From an uncultured Actinomycetes bacterium (GTDB lineage: Bacteria; Actinomycetota; Thermoleophilia; RBG-16-64-13): DNA of 64,000 bases. A program made the position numbers and the translations under genes. The notes beneath the pieces are model-generated. The model worked only from the letters and a program-made list of their open reading frames with translations. It ran no database searches and was not told where the DNA came from. Position 1 is the stretch's first letter, and each line of letters starts with the position of its first letter. Shown here piece by piece: positions 36,159 through 47,133 of the stretch. Location of the stretch: the NCBI GenBank assembly GCA_963814415.1, contig CAWFCN010000001.1, forward strand, positions 854,529 through 918,528, in the 5' to 3' direction.

Positions 36159-36623
36159 TCAGTTGGTGGCGTTGTTGATTATCTGGCGCACGACCTTCTT
36201 GGCCGTGTCTAGGTCGGCCTCGTCTATGCCCTCCAGGGCCTCGGCCATGTTCTTCTTGGCCAAGGCTATCAGCGCCTCTTCCACCCTACGCCCTTCGTCG
36301 GTGAGATACACCAGCCGCGAGCGGCCGTCCAGTGGGTCGTCGCGCCGCTCGACCAGCCCCTGCGCTTCGAGCTTGCTGATCAGCTGAAAGGCCGCGACCT
36401 TGCTTCGGTGAAAGCGGTCGGCCAACGTCTGCTGGGAGAGACCGTCCTCTTGGCCCAGGCGGCCCAGGATGGCCCACTGTTCCGGCGTTACCGCGTATCC
36501 GGCCTTGGCAAAACGCACCAGCAGGCGTTCGCGCAGCACCTTCGAGCAGGTCGCCATCAGCCACGACAGGGCGTCCGTGGGGAAGGCGTCCGTGACTATG
36601 AAAGGCTCTTCTTTGGACTTCAT
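36159..36623 (-). CDS. MarR-family regulator, copy A
   Basis: Winged HTH (LSQQTLADRFHRSKVAAFQLISKLEAQGLVERRDDPLDGRSRLVYLT). Paralogous to 55394..55891. Confidence 0.85.
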   Translation of the reverse strand: MKSKEEPFIVTDAFPTDALSWLMATCSKVLRERLLVRFAKAGYAVTPEQWAILGRLGQEDGLSQQTLADRFHRSKVAAFQLISKLEAQGLVERRDDPLDGRSRLVYLTDEGRRVEEALIALAKKNMAEALEGIDEADLDTAKKVVRQIINNATN

Positions 36624-36762
36624 GTTCGCGGCCTCGCGACTGGCATGGGCGCACTCTGCTGACTACCTTGACCGCGGCGCTTCGTCCTGTCAAGGGTGGG
36701 ACTTCCGAAGACCGTCGCGGCGCGCGCCCGCGGGGCGCGCGCCGCCTGACCGGCCGGACTGA

Positions 36763-38119
36763 CTATCCGCGCCAATCGCGTCCAGTGTCGATCATAGCCT
36801 TGAGGTTCTCGGCCTTGGCATCGTCGAGCGCGGCGCCGTTGCGCAACCAGAAGCCACCGTCCTTAGCGCACGCGTTCAGCGTGTCGGTGACGTAGCTTTT
36901 CACCTCGGCAGCGCCGGCCAGCGCGATGAGACCGGTGGGCACGTTGCCCGCTATGCACGCGTACCCGCCCAGCGCCTTCTTCGCAGCCGACATGTCGGTC
37001 TGGTCCATCAGCCAGATGACGCTTCCCTCGGGGATCTCGTCGTCGGCGATCATGCTCAGGCGCTTGTTGTAGCTGCCCTGAGCGAAGAGGGTGGGTACCA
37101 GGCCTTGCTCCACCAGACCCTTGATGACGGCCTTCAGCGTCGGCCAGTAGAAGGTCTTGAAGTCCGCCTCGGACATGAAGCTGTCGGAGCCCTTGTGGAG
37201 CCAGAAGACCACCAGCGGCGATTCGGCGTGGCCGGCCTGCCGCACGCAGAAATCGATCATCAGCGGCACGAACCTCTCGGCCCCCGCGAGGATCTTCTCC
37301 GGTCGGCGGAAGCGGTCGATCATAATGCCTTTGGTGCCGCGCAGGGTGTCGGCCAACACGTCGTAGGGAGCCTTGCCCGAGCAACTCCATTCAGGCGGTA
37401 TGCCCAGACGTCCGCAGGCGTCCTTTTCCGCGGCCTTGGTGGCTCCCATCCACGCGAAACACTCCCCCGCAGCCTCTGCCAGCTTGCCCATACCTTCGAT
37501 CAGGCCTGGGCTGGCAAAACCCAGGAGGTTGTACGGCATGGCGGCTGCCTCGACGAAGTCGGTGAAGGGCGGCATGGCCTGCGAGCGGAGCGAAGGCGGT
37601 GCCGAACCGGGGCAGCAGCGAGCGCCGAAAGTAGCCCTCCGGGTCGGCAAGCAGAGCATCGTACTCGTCGGGCTTCATGTACTCGCCTTCCAGATACTGC
37701 CAGGGCATCTCGTCGGGCAGGTTCTGGCCCGGCCATTCGATGAACTTGAGGTCCAGAAGTTCGAAGACCTTGGCCGGCGAGACCGGCTTGGCCTGGAAGT
37801 CGGGCTGAAAGTCCTCGTGGTATCTCCTCAGCGACTCGGCCATCTTCTGGTAGTCGTACATGGCCTCTTTCTTGCTGAAACCCGCGTACTTGGCCGAGTA
37901 GAAATGCACGTTGGCCGATACCGGCACTCGTTGGGGCTTCTTGAGCTGGATGGCGTCTATCATCCCCTGGACTCTAGCCATGTAGCTCTCTCTGGCGGAG
38001 TCGTCCACGAACTCCACTCCGCGCGCGCTCAGCCAACGCTGGAAACGGCGCTCCCGGCGGTCCCGCCAATCCAGTTGCTGCCAGTCATCAAACATCGGGT
38101 CCGGGGCACCCCAGCTCAT
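36763..38119 (-). pseudogene. uroporphyrinogen-decarboxylase (URO-D/MtaA-like) family gene with one +1 frame disruption
   Basis: The N-terminal ORF (..LLPRFGTAFAPL) continues in the +1 frame (QAMPPFTDFVEAAAMPYN...) at about 37582. The C-terminal half has a URO-D-like TIM-barrel pattern. Confidence 0.65.
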
Positions 38120-38166
38120 TCGGTCTCCTTGCTCATGTGCTCTTCATGGTCCTTGGTCTTCACGCC

Positions 38167-39556
38167 CTACCGGCCTGGTGCCCGGCAGGGGATGGTGTCG
38201 ACATCTACGTCTTCGTTGCGCCCTTCGTTCAGATAGGGAAAGCGAGCGACGGTGGCGCGGATCTCCTTCTGCCGTGTCCCGGGGTCACCCCACAGCACAG
38301 TGACCTCATTCCCGAGCCCGCCGTGCGCCGTGTCGATGGAGCACAAAGACAGCATCGCCCGATAGTAGTAGCTGTACTGGCGCCCAGAGCTCACCCCTAC
38401 GAGCTTGCCGCCCGCCAGCACCTGGTCCGCATACATGATGCTGCCGCCGTGCGACTGACCCAGATGGATGGGGTCCATCCACCCGTAGGTCTCGCCCTCC
38501 TGAAACTGCGACGCGTACACGTCGACCACGTCCTCGGGGTTCCAAACCAGAGTCACCATCTTGCGGCGCGGAGCGGCGGCCTCTTTCTCAAGCGCCGCGC
38601 GGCCGATGAAGTCGTGGTCGAACTTGACCATCTTGCCCCAGCCCAGTTCGAAGGGGTTGCGGTAGCGCAACTTGATGTCGGCGCCCATGCTGCCGGCCAA
38701 GGTCACCGGCGGCCCGTTCATCTCCGGCGGCATGCCCAGGAACTTCAGAAAGTCCTTGTCCTCCCCCCAGGGGACGGGAAAGTGGACGAAAGACTGCGGA
38801 AAACCGTTCTCGGTGTGGTTCATCTGGTAGGCGCGCCAGCCAAGCTTGACCAGACCGAACGGTTCGCCCTGCGGCCAGGATCGCGTTGTACAACGTCAGG
38901 GCATCCTTGGTCTCGCCGTGCACCTCGTAGGCGAGAGTCCCGGCCATGCCCATGCGGGTTATCCGCACGGCCATGCCTTGGATGCTGCTGTCGCGGAACC
39001 TGGCGAACTTGATGTCGTGCAGGCATTCGTTGGTGGCCGTCTCCAGCACCTCCAGAGACCGCGGCCCGCCGAGCTGCAGCAAGTGGTGACCGGATACCCA
39101 TTCCGCCTGCGCGTCGTACTTGGCCGCGTAGAACCGGTAGGCGGCATAGGGGGCCAGGAAGAAGGTGGTGAAAACGTCCTCGGCCTCTCTTAGCAGCACT
39201 CCGTGGGCTATCACGTGTCCGTCTTCATTGCACATGATCGCGTGCCGGAGGGCTCCCACAGCGAAGTCGGAGAAACCGTTGACGCAGGTGTCGGAGAAGA
39301 ACTTGAGCGCGTCGGGCCCCTTCACCCTGAAGGTAGGCGCCGGATTCAGGCCGGCGTGCAGATAGCAGCTCTTCTTCCAAGATAGTTGCTCTTCGCGCCA
39401 TCCTTCGTATTCGAGGGGCACGGCGGAGCCCAACCCCATCCCGGCTACCCTGCTCCATATGTAGAAGTCCACGCTGGGGTCGTATGCCGCGTAGGGAAGA
39501 TGAGGAAAGGCGATCTCCGCGGCCTCCCCTGAGACTACCGGACCTACGCCGCCCAC
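38167..39556 (-). pseudogene. GcvT-fold, tetrahydrofolate-dependent aryl O-demethylase-like gene (LigM/DesA-like) with one +1 frame disruption
   Basis: YEGWREEQLSWKKS, RMGMAGTLAYEVHG, ILAAG|EPFGLVKLGWRAY (shift at about 38866) and NPFELGWGKMVKFDHDFIGRAALE resemble LigM as I recall it. Confidence 0.7.
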
Positions 39557-39557
39557 C

Positions 39558-40253
39558 TCACACCCCCAGCCACTTCTGCTGGGCTTCGTGATCGCCTCGC
39601 AACGCCTCCGGCGCGCCTTCGTAGACTACGGAGCCCTTGCTGACCACATACACGTCGTCGGCCACAGTCAGAGCCATGTTCAGGTTCTGCTCGGCCAGCA
39701 GGACTGTCAGCTTGCCTTTCAGACGGCAGATCACTTGGCCTATCTGGTGGATGACCATTGGAGCCAGACCTTCGGAAGGCTCGTCCATTATCAGCAGGTC
39801 GGGATTCATCATCAGGGCGCGGGCTACGGCCAGCATCTGCTGCTCTCCGCCGCTCAGGAGGCTGGCGGACAGCCCCGCTCTCTCCTTCAAGATCGGAAAC
39901 AGGTCGTACACCGCTTCCAAGTTCCAAGCGGCTTCGCCCTTGGCGGCCTTCTCCACTACGGTCAGATTCTCTTTCACGCTCAGCGACTGGAATATGCCGC
40001 GCCCCTGCGGGACGAAGGCTATGCCCTTGCCGGCGATGCGATGAGGAGAAAGGCCGCTGATTACCTGGTTCTTGAAGCGTATCTCGCCGGTGGCAGGTGG
40101 AGTGAGGCCCATGATGGAGCGGATGATCGTGCTCTTCCCCATACCGTTTCGGCCCAGCATAGCCACCACTTTGCCGTCCGGTACGTTCAAGGAGAGATCC
40201 CAGAGAACCCGGCGCTCCCAGTAGTACGTGCTTATGTTGTCTACCTCTAGCAA
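39558..40253 (-). CDS. livF: branched-chain-type ABC transporter ATPase (LivF-like), copy A
   Basis: Walker A GRNGMGKST, LSGGEQQMLAVARAL and Walker B LLIMDEPSEGL. Same length as copy B. Confidence 0.9.
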   Translation of the reverse strand: MLEVDNISTYYWERRVLWDLSLNVPDGKVVAMLGRNGMGKSTIIRSIMGLTPPATGEIRFKNQVISGLSPHRIAGKGIAFVPQGRGIFQSLSVKENLTVVEKAAKGEAAWNLEAVYDLFPILKERAGLSASLLSGGEQQMLAVARALMMNPDLLIMDEPSEGLAPMVIHQIGQVICRLKGKLTVLLAEQNLNMALTVADDVYVVSKGSVVYEGAPEALRGDHEAQQKWLGV

Positions 40254-40996
40254 GTCTCAGCGCTCCCTAGATAGATCTCCCGTACTTTCGGATCAGCAGC
40301 GATATCCTGGGGCAGCCCTCTGGCGATGATGGTGCCTCCGTAGAGCACCATGATGCTGTCCGCCAGGTTGAACACCAGGTCCATATCGTGGGCGCAGAAC
40401 ACAAGGGTCGTTTCGCCGGCCAGCTTGCGGATGATGTCGGCGAAAGCCACCGCTTCGGCCGTCGGTAGGCCGGCACTCGGCTCGTCCAAGAGGACGATGC
40501 TTGGCTTGGCCGTGAACGCACACAGGAGCTCGACCAGACGCTGGTCGCCGTATGACAGCGTGTGCAGAGACTCGAACCGCTTATCCCACAGGCCCACCAA
40601 CCTCAAGAACCTCTCGGCCTCTTCAAGGTACTTCGCCTGCTTCTCGACGAGAGTGAACATCTGGAAATGTGACCTGCGCGCCCCGTATATGGCCAGCAGC
40701 AGGTTGTCCAGGATGGACATCGAGAAGAACAGATTGTTTATCTGATAGGAACGCCCCAGCCCCCGGTGCAGCCGCTTGTGCGCGGCGAGCCTGGTGATGC
40801 GATGCTCGTTCAGGTACACCTCGCCGCCAGAAGCCGGCAGTTGGCCGCCGATCACGTTCAGCAGGGTGCTCTTGCCGGCGCCGTTGGGGCCGATCATGGC
40901 CAGCTTCTCTCCGGGCTCGACACTGAAGTTGACTCCCTCCAGCACCTTGAGTCCGCCGAAGCTCTTGGACAGGTTGTCGACGCGGAGTACGCTCAT
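40247..40996 (-). CDS. livG: branched-chain-type ABC transporter ATPase (LivG-like), copy A
   Basis: GPNGAGKSTL, LSYGDQRLVEL and VLLDEPSAGL. ATGA overlap with the upstream permease. Confidence 0.9.
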   Translation of the reverse strand: MSVLRVDNLSKSFGGLKVLEGVNFSVEPGEKLAMIGPNGAGKSTLLNVIGGQLPASGGEVYLNEHRITRLAAHKRLHRGLGRSYQINNLFFSMSILDNLLLAIYGARRSHFQMFTLVEKQAKYLEEAERFLRLVGLWDKRFESLHTLSYGDQRLVELLCAFTAKPSIVLLDEPSAGLPTAEAVAFADIIRKLAGETTLVFCAHDMDLVFNLADSIMVLYGGTIIARGLPQDIAADPKVREIYLGSAETC

Positions 40997-42989
40997 GACT
41001 CACCTCCGCGCTCTACCATCTTTTGCCCGACCGACCCACGGCCTCCAAGGCTCCACAATGAATTCCACCAGCGGGTGAGGTACCGGGCGAACCCACCCCT
41101 CAGGAAGACCACGCACAGGACAAAGAGGATGCCCAGCCACATCCACCATCTCTGGGGGAACGAGTCCCACTTCTCGCCCACCCACCTTGCGAAGGGGCTC
41201 TGGGTCATGAGCCATTCGAACAGTACTATGACCGCCGCGCCTAGGCAGGGTCCCCAGAGAGTGGAGCCGCCACCCATGATGACCATGAGCATGGGCAACG
41301 CCGAATACTCAAGCCCGAAGTGGCGCGGCACGATGGTGCCGTACAGTTGGGCGAAGAACACCCCGGCCAGTCCGGCGAAGATGCCCGCGATTATGATGGC
41401 GGTGTATTTGGCAGCCCAGGTGTCGTAACCCAGGCTCTTCATGCGCGACTCATTCTCGCGTATGCCGCTCAGACTGCGGCCGAAGCCGGAGCGGGTTATG
41501 CGCTTCAGCACCACGTAGGTGATCACGAAGAAGATCAGAACCATGAAGTAGTACTTGAGGTTGGTCCACTCGATGTTCCAGCCCAATTCCGGTCGCCTGA
41601 TGCCAGGCATGCCATCCTTGCCGCCCGTCATCGAATACCACTTGTCCGCTACAACGGATAGCAGTTGCCCGAAGCCCATGGTGACCAGCAAGAAGTAGAC
41701 CCCCGAGACACGGAGCGAGAGAAAGCCGATCACGGCAGCGAGCACCGCCGTCACGGCCAAGGCGATAAGGAGAACCAGCCAGAAGGAGTGCACCCCGTAC
41801 TTCAGGGTCATGATGCCGGTGACATAGCCGGCCATCCCCAGATAGGCGGCGTGTCCGAACGACAGAAGCCCGGTGTAGCCCATTATCAGGTCCAGACTCA
41901 TGGCAAAGATGCCGAAGATGAGCACTTTGGTGAAGATGAACTGCGGAAAGCCCCCAACGAACGGCGGCACGGCACAGAGCACCACCAGAACGAAGAGGTA
42001 GGGCAGGTACCGCTTGAGCAGTGACTGCCACATGGGCATGGTGACCGATGCGAGCGCACCGCGTTCGCTTCTTCTTGTTGCGCGCGCTGGTGTATATCTG
42101 CGCCCGCTCCAAGTTCTCGCCCGCATCCTGCGCCGCGAATTTCCGCCCCAGCAGGCCGGAGGGCCTTACCAGCAGGATGACGATCAGAGTTATGTAGACT
42201 ATGTAGGCGGCCACGCTGGGGAAGTAGGCCTTGCCGAAGGCGTCCAAGAGACCCAGCAGCACGCCGCCCAGCAGAGCGCCCTGTATCGAGCCGGCGCCAC
42301 CGACCACCACCACTATCAGAGAGTAGAGCAGTATCTCCCAGCCATTGCCCACCTTCACGCCGGTGATCTTGGCGCCCATGAGACCGCTTAGGCCCGCTAC
42401 AAACGCGCCGAGCACGAAACACGCCGGTGAACAGTAGTTTGAGATTGATGCCCAGCGCGGCGGCCACTTCGCCCTTGTCCATGCCGGCCCGCACTTTGGC
42501 ACCGATCTTGGTCTTGTCCTGGAACCACCAGAGCGCCACGGCCATGAGCAGGCCGAAGCCTATCAAGAACAGCCTGTATGTCGGTATGGCCGAACTGCCC
42601 ACCTCCACAGAGCTGGAGAGTATCGAAGGCACCGGACCGGCCATGGGATATGAGGTCCATATCCATTGTGCCGCGTCCATGAGTATGTAGATGAAGCCTA
42701 TGGTAAGCAGTACCTGGCTTTCCTCACGCTTGTAGAGCTTACGCAGAAAGCCCATCTCCAGGACGAGACCGATGAGAGCGCAGGCCACAGCGCCCGCCAG
42801 TGCCCCGACCCAGAAGTTGCTGTGCTTGGCCACCCAGATGCCTACGTAGCCGCCGAACATGTAGAGGGCGCCGTGGGCCATGTTGACGATGCGCATCAAG
42901 CCCATGGTCAGCGACAGACCGGTCGCCACCAGGAAGAGCACCAGGCCGTACGAGAGCCCTATCGCAAAGACGCTTAGGACCTTATCCAT
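40993..42989 (-). pseudogene. LivH-LivM-type permease (probably fused as in copy B), copy A, two +1 frame disruptions
   Basis: The LivH part reads to ..GINLKLLFTGVF, then continues as VLGAFVAGLSGLMG in the +1 frame (extra c at 42416). The linker then shifts again between about 42075 and 42040 into the LivM frame (MPMWQSLLKRYLPY...). Confidence 0.75.
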
Positions 42990-43089
42990 CAGAAGCTCTG
43001 CTTTCTCTGTTCATTCACGACTCCTGGGAGACCGGCGTATTAGGTAGTGGGCGACACCCATCGCTGGGCCATAGGCGGCTCAAGAACCA

Positions 43090-43121
43090 GGATGCGGGGG
43101 GAGACAGCTCCCCCCGCATCC
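43090..43121 (-). other. intercistronic stem-loop after SBP gene copy A (12-bp perfect stem ggatgcgggggg / ccccccgcatcc, 8-nt loop)
   Basis: Read directly. It sits in an analogous position to the hairpin at 53931..53987. Confidence 0.5.
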
Positions 43122-43159
43122 GTCGACGTCAGCACGTGCTATGTGAAAACCTTCCGGTA

Positions 43160-44449
43160 CTACTTCGTCAGACCATGGGGCGGCACGGCCTCGTAGGTCT
43201 TGATGAGCTTGTACATGAAGATGTTGCGCCCCTGCGCGTCGGCGGCAGTGGCGACTGGGTCGATGGCGACTTCGACTATGTAGATGGGCTTGGTCGCGAC
43301 GTTGTCGCCGGGCGCAAAGAACACGCGGCCCTCGGGACCTTCCATGTCGATCGCGAGGATAGCGTCGCGCAGAGCGAGGCCCCGACAGGTTGGTGGCGCA
43401 GGACTCGAGCGCCTTCAGCAGCACCATGCCGGCCTGCACCGGACCAGACGGACCACCGTCTTCAGCCTTCCAGGGACCACAGTCGGTGCAGACCCTTCAC
43501 GTACGTCGGTGTTCACGGCGCTGGTGTTCTCAGGGTTCCAAGCCATCACGGTCTTGATGCCGACCAAAGCCTCGCCTGCGGCCCGTTGCCCTCGCCTACG
43601 TTCCTCGGGACCCACGGATCCAGGAAGCCACCGTGGAAGGCGCCCGACTAGCGGGGTCTTGTTGATGACGCCGGTGTCGTAGTACGCGGTGAGCAAGGGG
43701 ATGCCCGAGCCACCCACCCAAGCAACAAGAGCGTCGGCGTCTTCGACTGTGGTCAGATAGGCAGACCAGTCGTCGGTCTGGCCGACGGCCCACTGCTGCT
43801 GAACCACTTCTCCGCCCAGGGCCGTGAAGTAGTCGATGAGAGGATGGAAGAAGGCGTGCCCGGAACTGTCCTCAGGACCCAGCGTGCTGATGGTCCTGTA
43901 GCCCAGGTCGTTGTACATGTAGTCGGCGATGGCAGTGCCGTATCCGGCAGTTAGACCACCGACGCCAAGCACCCACTCGTTGCTCCTCCAAGCGCTCCGG
44001 GAGGAGTGGGGTTGTACAGCACCATGGGGATCTGCTTCTCGGCGCAATAGGTAGCGACGGCGTTCTTCTGGCCGATCTGCGTGGGGCCCATGATGACGTC
44101 CACTTTGTCCTGCTCGACGAGCTTGCGGGCAGCCTCGACGGCACCCTCGGTGGTGGACTTGGAGTCGGCCTCGACCAGTTCGATCGGTCCTGACCGCGCG
44201 ACCGTGGCATTCGCGAAGGCGTACTCGATGGCCTGCTTGAAGAGCGGAGCCGACAATAGCCTCGTTGCCGGTCTCGTCATATATATGACCGACCTTTATG
44301 GGGCCGGTTGAACTACCCACCGGATAGTTGACAGTGGTGCTGACCTGCTCCGTGGTGGTGGTGTCTTCGCCGCCGCCACAGGCCACAACGACCAGCGCTA
44401 CCGCCATCATCATGGCTAGTAGTCCGATCATCAGGTAACGCTTCTTCAT
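43160..44449 (-). pseudogene. LivK-type substrate-binding lipoprotein, copy A, about seven frame changes
   Basis: Signal peptide with lipobox (LVVVAC) and GGAGGAG SD. The copy B-like sequence can only be followed by switching frame near 44247, 43988, 43642, 43577, 43504, 43467 and 43380-43383. Confidence 0.75.
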
Positions 44450-44587
44450 TGCTCCTCCCCGTCCGTGTGGCAATACATCGTTCTTTCTTGGAGCCGAACG
44501 AACATCCCCAAACGGTCTCGCCGCCCTGCCGCGCCTCCTTCCGTCTGTAGCCGTGCGCCCTCGCCCGCCCGTCGGCATACGAGCCTA

Positions 44588-44616
44588 TTGCAGTTAGTTA
44601 GTCACCTAAGTAAGAT
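44588..44616 (+). promoter_or_regulatory. sigma70-like promoter (-35 TTGCAG, 17-bp spacer, -10 TAAGAT) whose spacer is an imperfect palindrome TTAGTTAG-TCAC-CTAAGTAA
   Basis: An AT-rich island in the divergent SBP-A / TetR intergenic region, read directly. It lies 60 nt upstream of the TetR ATG. Confidence 0.4.
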
Positions 44617-44676
44617 AGAACTCGGTACGATGTTTGTCAACCGGACTTCAAGCAGCTCGCGAAGTTCGATGGTAGG

Positions 44677-45306
44677 ATGGCCAGCGTGAAACACGAAGAC
44701 TTCCCCATAGAGGATCCGACCCCCGATTTGGCACCGACCGCCAAGAGGATACTTGACGCTGGTGTCCGGGTCTTGGACAGAGAAGGTTTCGGGGGACTCA
44801 CCTTCGAGCGGATCGCGCAGGAGTCGGGCGAGAACGGTGCCCTCATCCGCTACCACTTCGGCAGCAAGGCCGGCCTGGTCAGAGCCATAGTCGACGCGGT
44901 GCTCTTCTCTCAGGCAAGGGGTCTCATATTGAGGCTGGCCCCGCTCAAGCATGGGAAGGAGCGCAGAGAGGCGCTGCTCAAGAGACGCCGCGAGGTGGCC
45001 GCCGAACCGACCACCTACAGGCGCATGTACGAGGTCTACCCGGCCGCGCTGCGCGACCCCGAGCTGCAGCCCAAGTTGCGCGACCTCATGCGCTGGTACC
45101 GGGAGCTCAATGCCTGGGTCTACGGCTCGGAGCATCCTGACGAACAGGAGCGAGCGGCCCTGGAGCCTCTGGCACTTCTCATGTCAGCTATTCTCAACGG
45201 AGTCGCGCTGCAGGTGCAGGCGGATCCCGAGTTGGACGTTCAGCCTGCCTTCGACCTGTGGGAGCAGTTCGTGACCGACTATCTGGAGAAGCTGCAGAAG
45301 AAGTAG
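44677..45306 (+). CDS. TetR/AcrR-family transcriptional regulator
   Basis: HTH region AKRILDAGVRVLDREGFGGLTFERIAQESGENGALIRYHFGSK. Confidence 0.85.
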   Translation: MASVKHEDFPIEDPTPDLAPTAKRILDAGVRVLDREGFGGLTFERIAQESGENGALIRYHFGSKAGLVRAIVDAVLFSQARGLILRLAPLKHGKERREALLKRRREVAAEPTTYRRMYEVYPAALRDPELQPKLRDLMRWYRELNAWVYGSEHPDEQERAALEPLALLMSAILNGVALQVQADPELDVQPAFDLWEQFVTDYLEKLQKK

Positions 45307-45349
45307 GCCACCATAGCCTGGCCATGCCCAAGTGCCCGCGTCCTCTCCT

Positions 45350-47133
45350 TCACTCAGCCCTCACGGTCACAGCCGCTCTCAGCCCCTGTGTAGCGGACTC
45401 GTCCAGCTCCAGGGTCTCCGGGTCGACGACGACCTTGTAGACGTCCCTGGCCATCTGCTACGGACACGAGTTCGTTGGCGACATCGGTCGCGACGGCCTG
45501 AGCATCCCGTCTGAACGGATAGCCCAAGCCCGCGCCCCCCGCGCCGTGAACCACCAGGCGATCGCCGTTTATGACTTTGAGGGGCCGGTGCGGCTCCACG
45601 ATGTCTATCGTCTCGGCGCCCCGTACCACCCAGCCTTTGTTGAGCGGGGTGGGGAGACCACCGTGTTGGCCTTGGCTCGGTATGGTGAGACCGGTCCAGG
45701 TGCCGCCCACGAAGTTGGCCTCGCCGCCCTCGTTCTCCGCCTCCCAGACTATGCCGGGCGCTCCGCGCCACTCACCGGCGCCGTGTGAGTCGGTGCTGAA
45801 CTCGTATTGATGGACGTGCCAGGGGAACCGGGCCATCTCTTCTTCGGCGTCGGTCTTGCCGACCACCCCCAAGGTCCCCAGGTCGCACATACACTGGTAC
45901 CCATCGTAGCCAGCCACGGCCCCCCCTCCGCCGACGGCGCAGAACGAGCTGTACACGTACATGCCGCTACCGTCCGGGTATTGCCCCATGACCGAAAGCG
46001 AGTCCAGAGGTCCGTAGGGGGCGATGGCCTGGTCGGGCAGAGCCTTGGAGAGCACAGACATCACTGCCTCGATGACCATGCCCCCGGTGATAGCCGGTCC
46101 GGCGGCCACCAACGCCCCGGGCCTGCAGTCGACCACAGTACCCTTCTTGGTCACCACGTGGAACGGCTTGATGCTGCCTTCGTTGTGATAAGCGGCCAAA
46201 TCGCTGCCCAGGAACAAGAAGGCCGTGCAAAGAGCGCTGCTGAGGGTCTGCTGATAGTAGGCGTTTATCATTCCCGCGACTTGGTCGTCGCTCCCGGAGA
46301 AGTCCAGTAAGACGTCCCCGCCCTCTATCGTGAGGTCGCACCGCACGTGCACGGGGTGGTTCATGGTGAGACCGTCGTCATCGGTGGCGACCTCCGCCGA
46401 CCAGCGCCCTTCCGGCCACTTGGCGATCTTGGCCCGCACGGCCTTCTCGGTGCGGTCGATCATCTCGCCCACGCATCCCAGCACCGTCTGCTTGCCGTAC
46501 TTGTCCAGCAGCTCGGTCATGCGTTGCTCGGCGACGGCCGTGCTGCCCATGAGCGAAGCCATCTCTCTGACGCATCATGTCGGGCAGCCGGTTGTTCTCG
46601 AGCACCAGATCGAGTACGTCGTCGCGATAGTGTCCGTCTTCGTAGATCTTGATGAGCGGGATGTTCAGGCCCTCGGCGATGGAATCGTAGGCGAGAAAGT
46701 GGCTACCGGGGCGCGCCCCGCCGGAATCGGCGACGTGAGTGCCCATGCAGGTGAAGAACAGCAACTCGTCCCGGTAGAAGATCGGCCGGATGAAGCTCCA
46801 GTCCGGAAGATGGATGGCCCCGTCTTTGGGGGAGTTGGTCAGGTAGACGTCGCCGGGCTTGAGCTCGCCCGCGAACTTCTCCTTGACCCGCCTGATGGGA
46901 AAGCTCGAAGATATCAACCGCGGCGGGAAGCCTTCGGGTATGGCGATGGCCCTGCCTTCGGCATCCCAGATGCCGTACGCCATGTCGTGAAGGGTGACCA
47001 CCAACACGTTCGTGGCGGTGCGCTCGGCGGTGAACCTCATCTCCCGGCACACCCGCTGGATGTAGTGCCATATGGTCGCGGTGGTTATGGGGTCGGTCTT
47101 GGTCTGTTGCGGCGACACTTCAGTCCTTCTCAC
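45350..47133 (-). pseudogene. hyuB: hydantoinase B/oxoprolinase-family gene, copy B, two +1 frame disruptions
   Basis: GTG start overlaps the hyuA stop (GTGA). An extra c at 46569 breaks ..RLPDMMR|REMASLMGST. An extra base at 45455-45458 breaks ..ELVSV|MARDVYKVVVDPETLELDESATQGLRAAVTVRAE*. Confidence 0.8.

Noticed and set aside
32116-47133. Programmed ribosomal frameshifting as the explanation for the many +1 shifts.
   Set aside because: The shift sites share no slippery heptamer, rare-codon or stop-codon context (examples TTT-c-GTG, GGG-c-GAA, CGT-c-AGA, CTC-g-CAG). Up to seven occur in one gene, and the homologous copy B genes need none.
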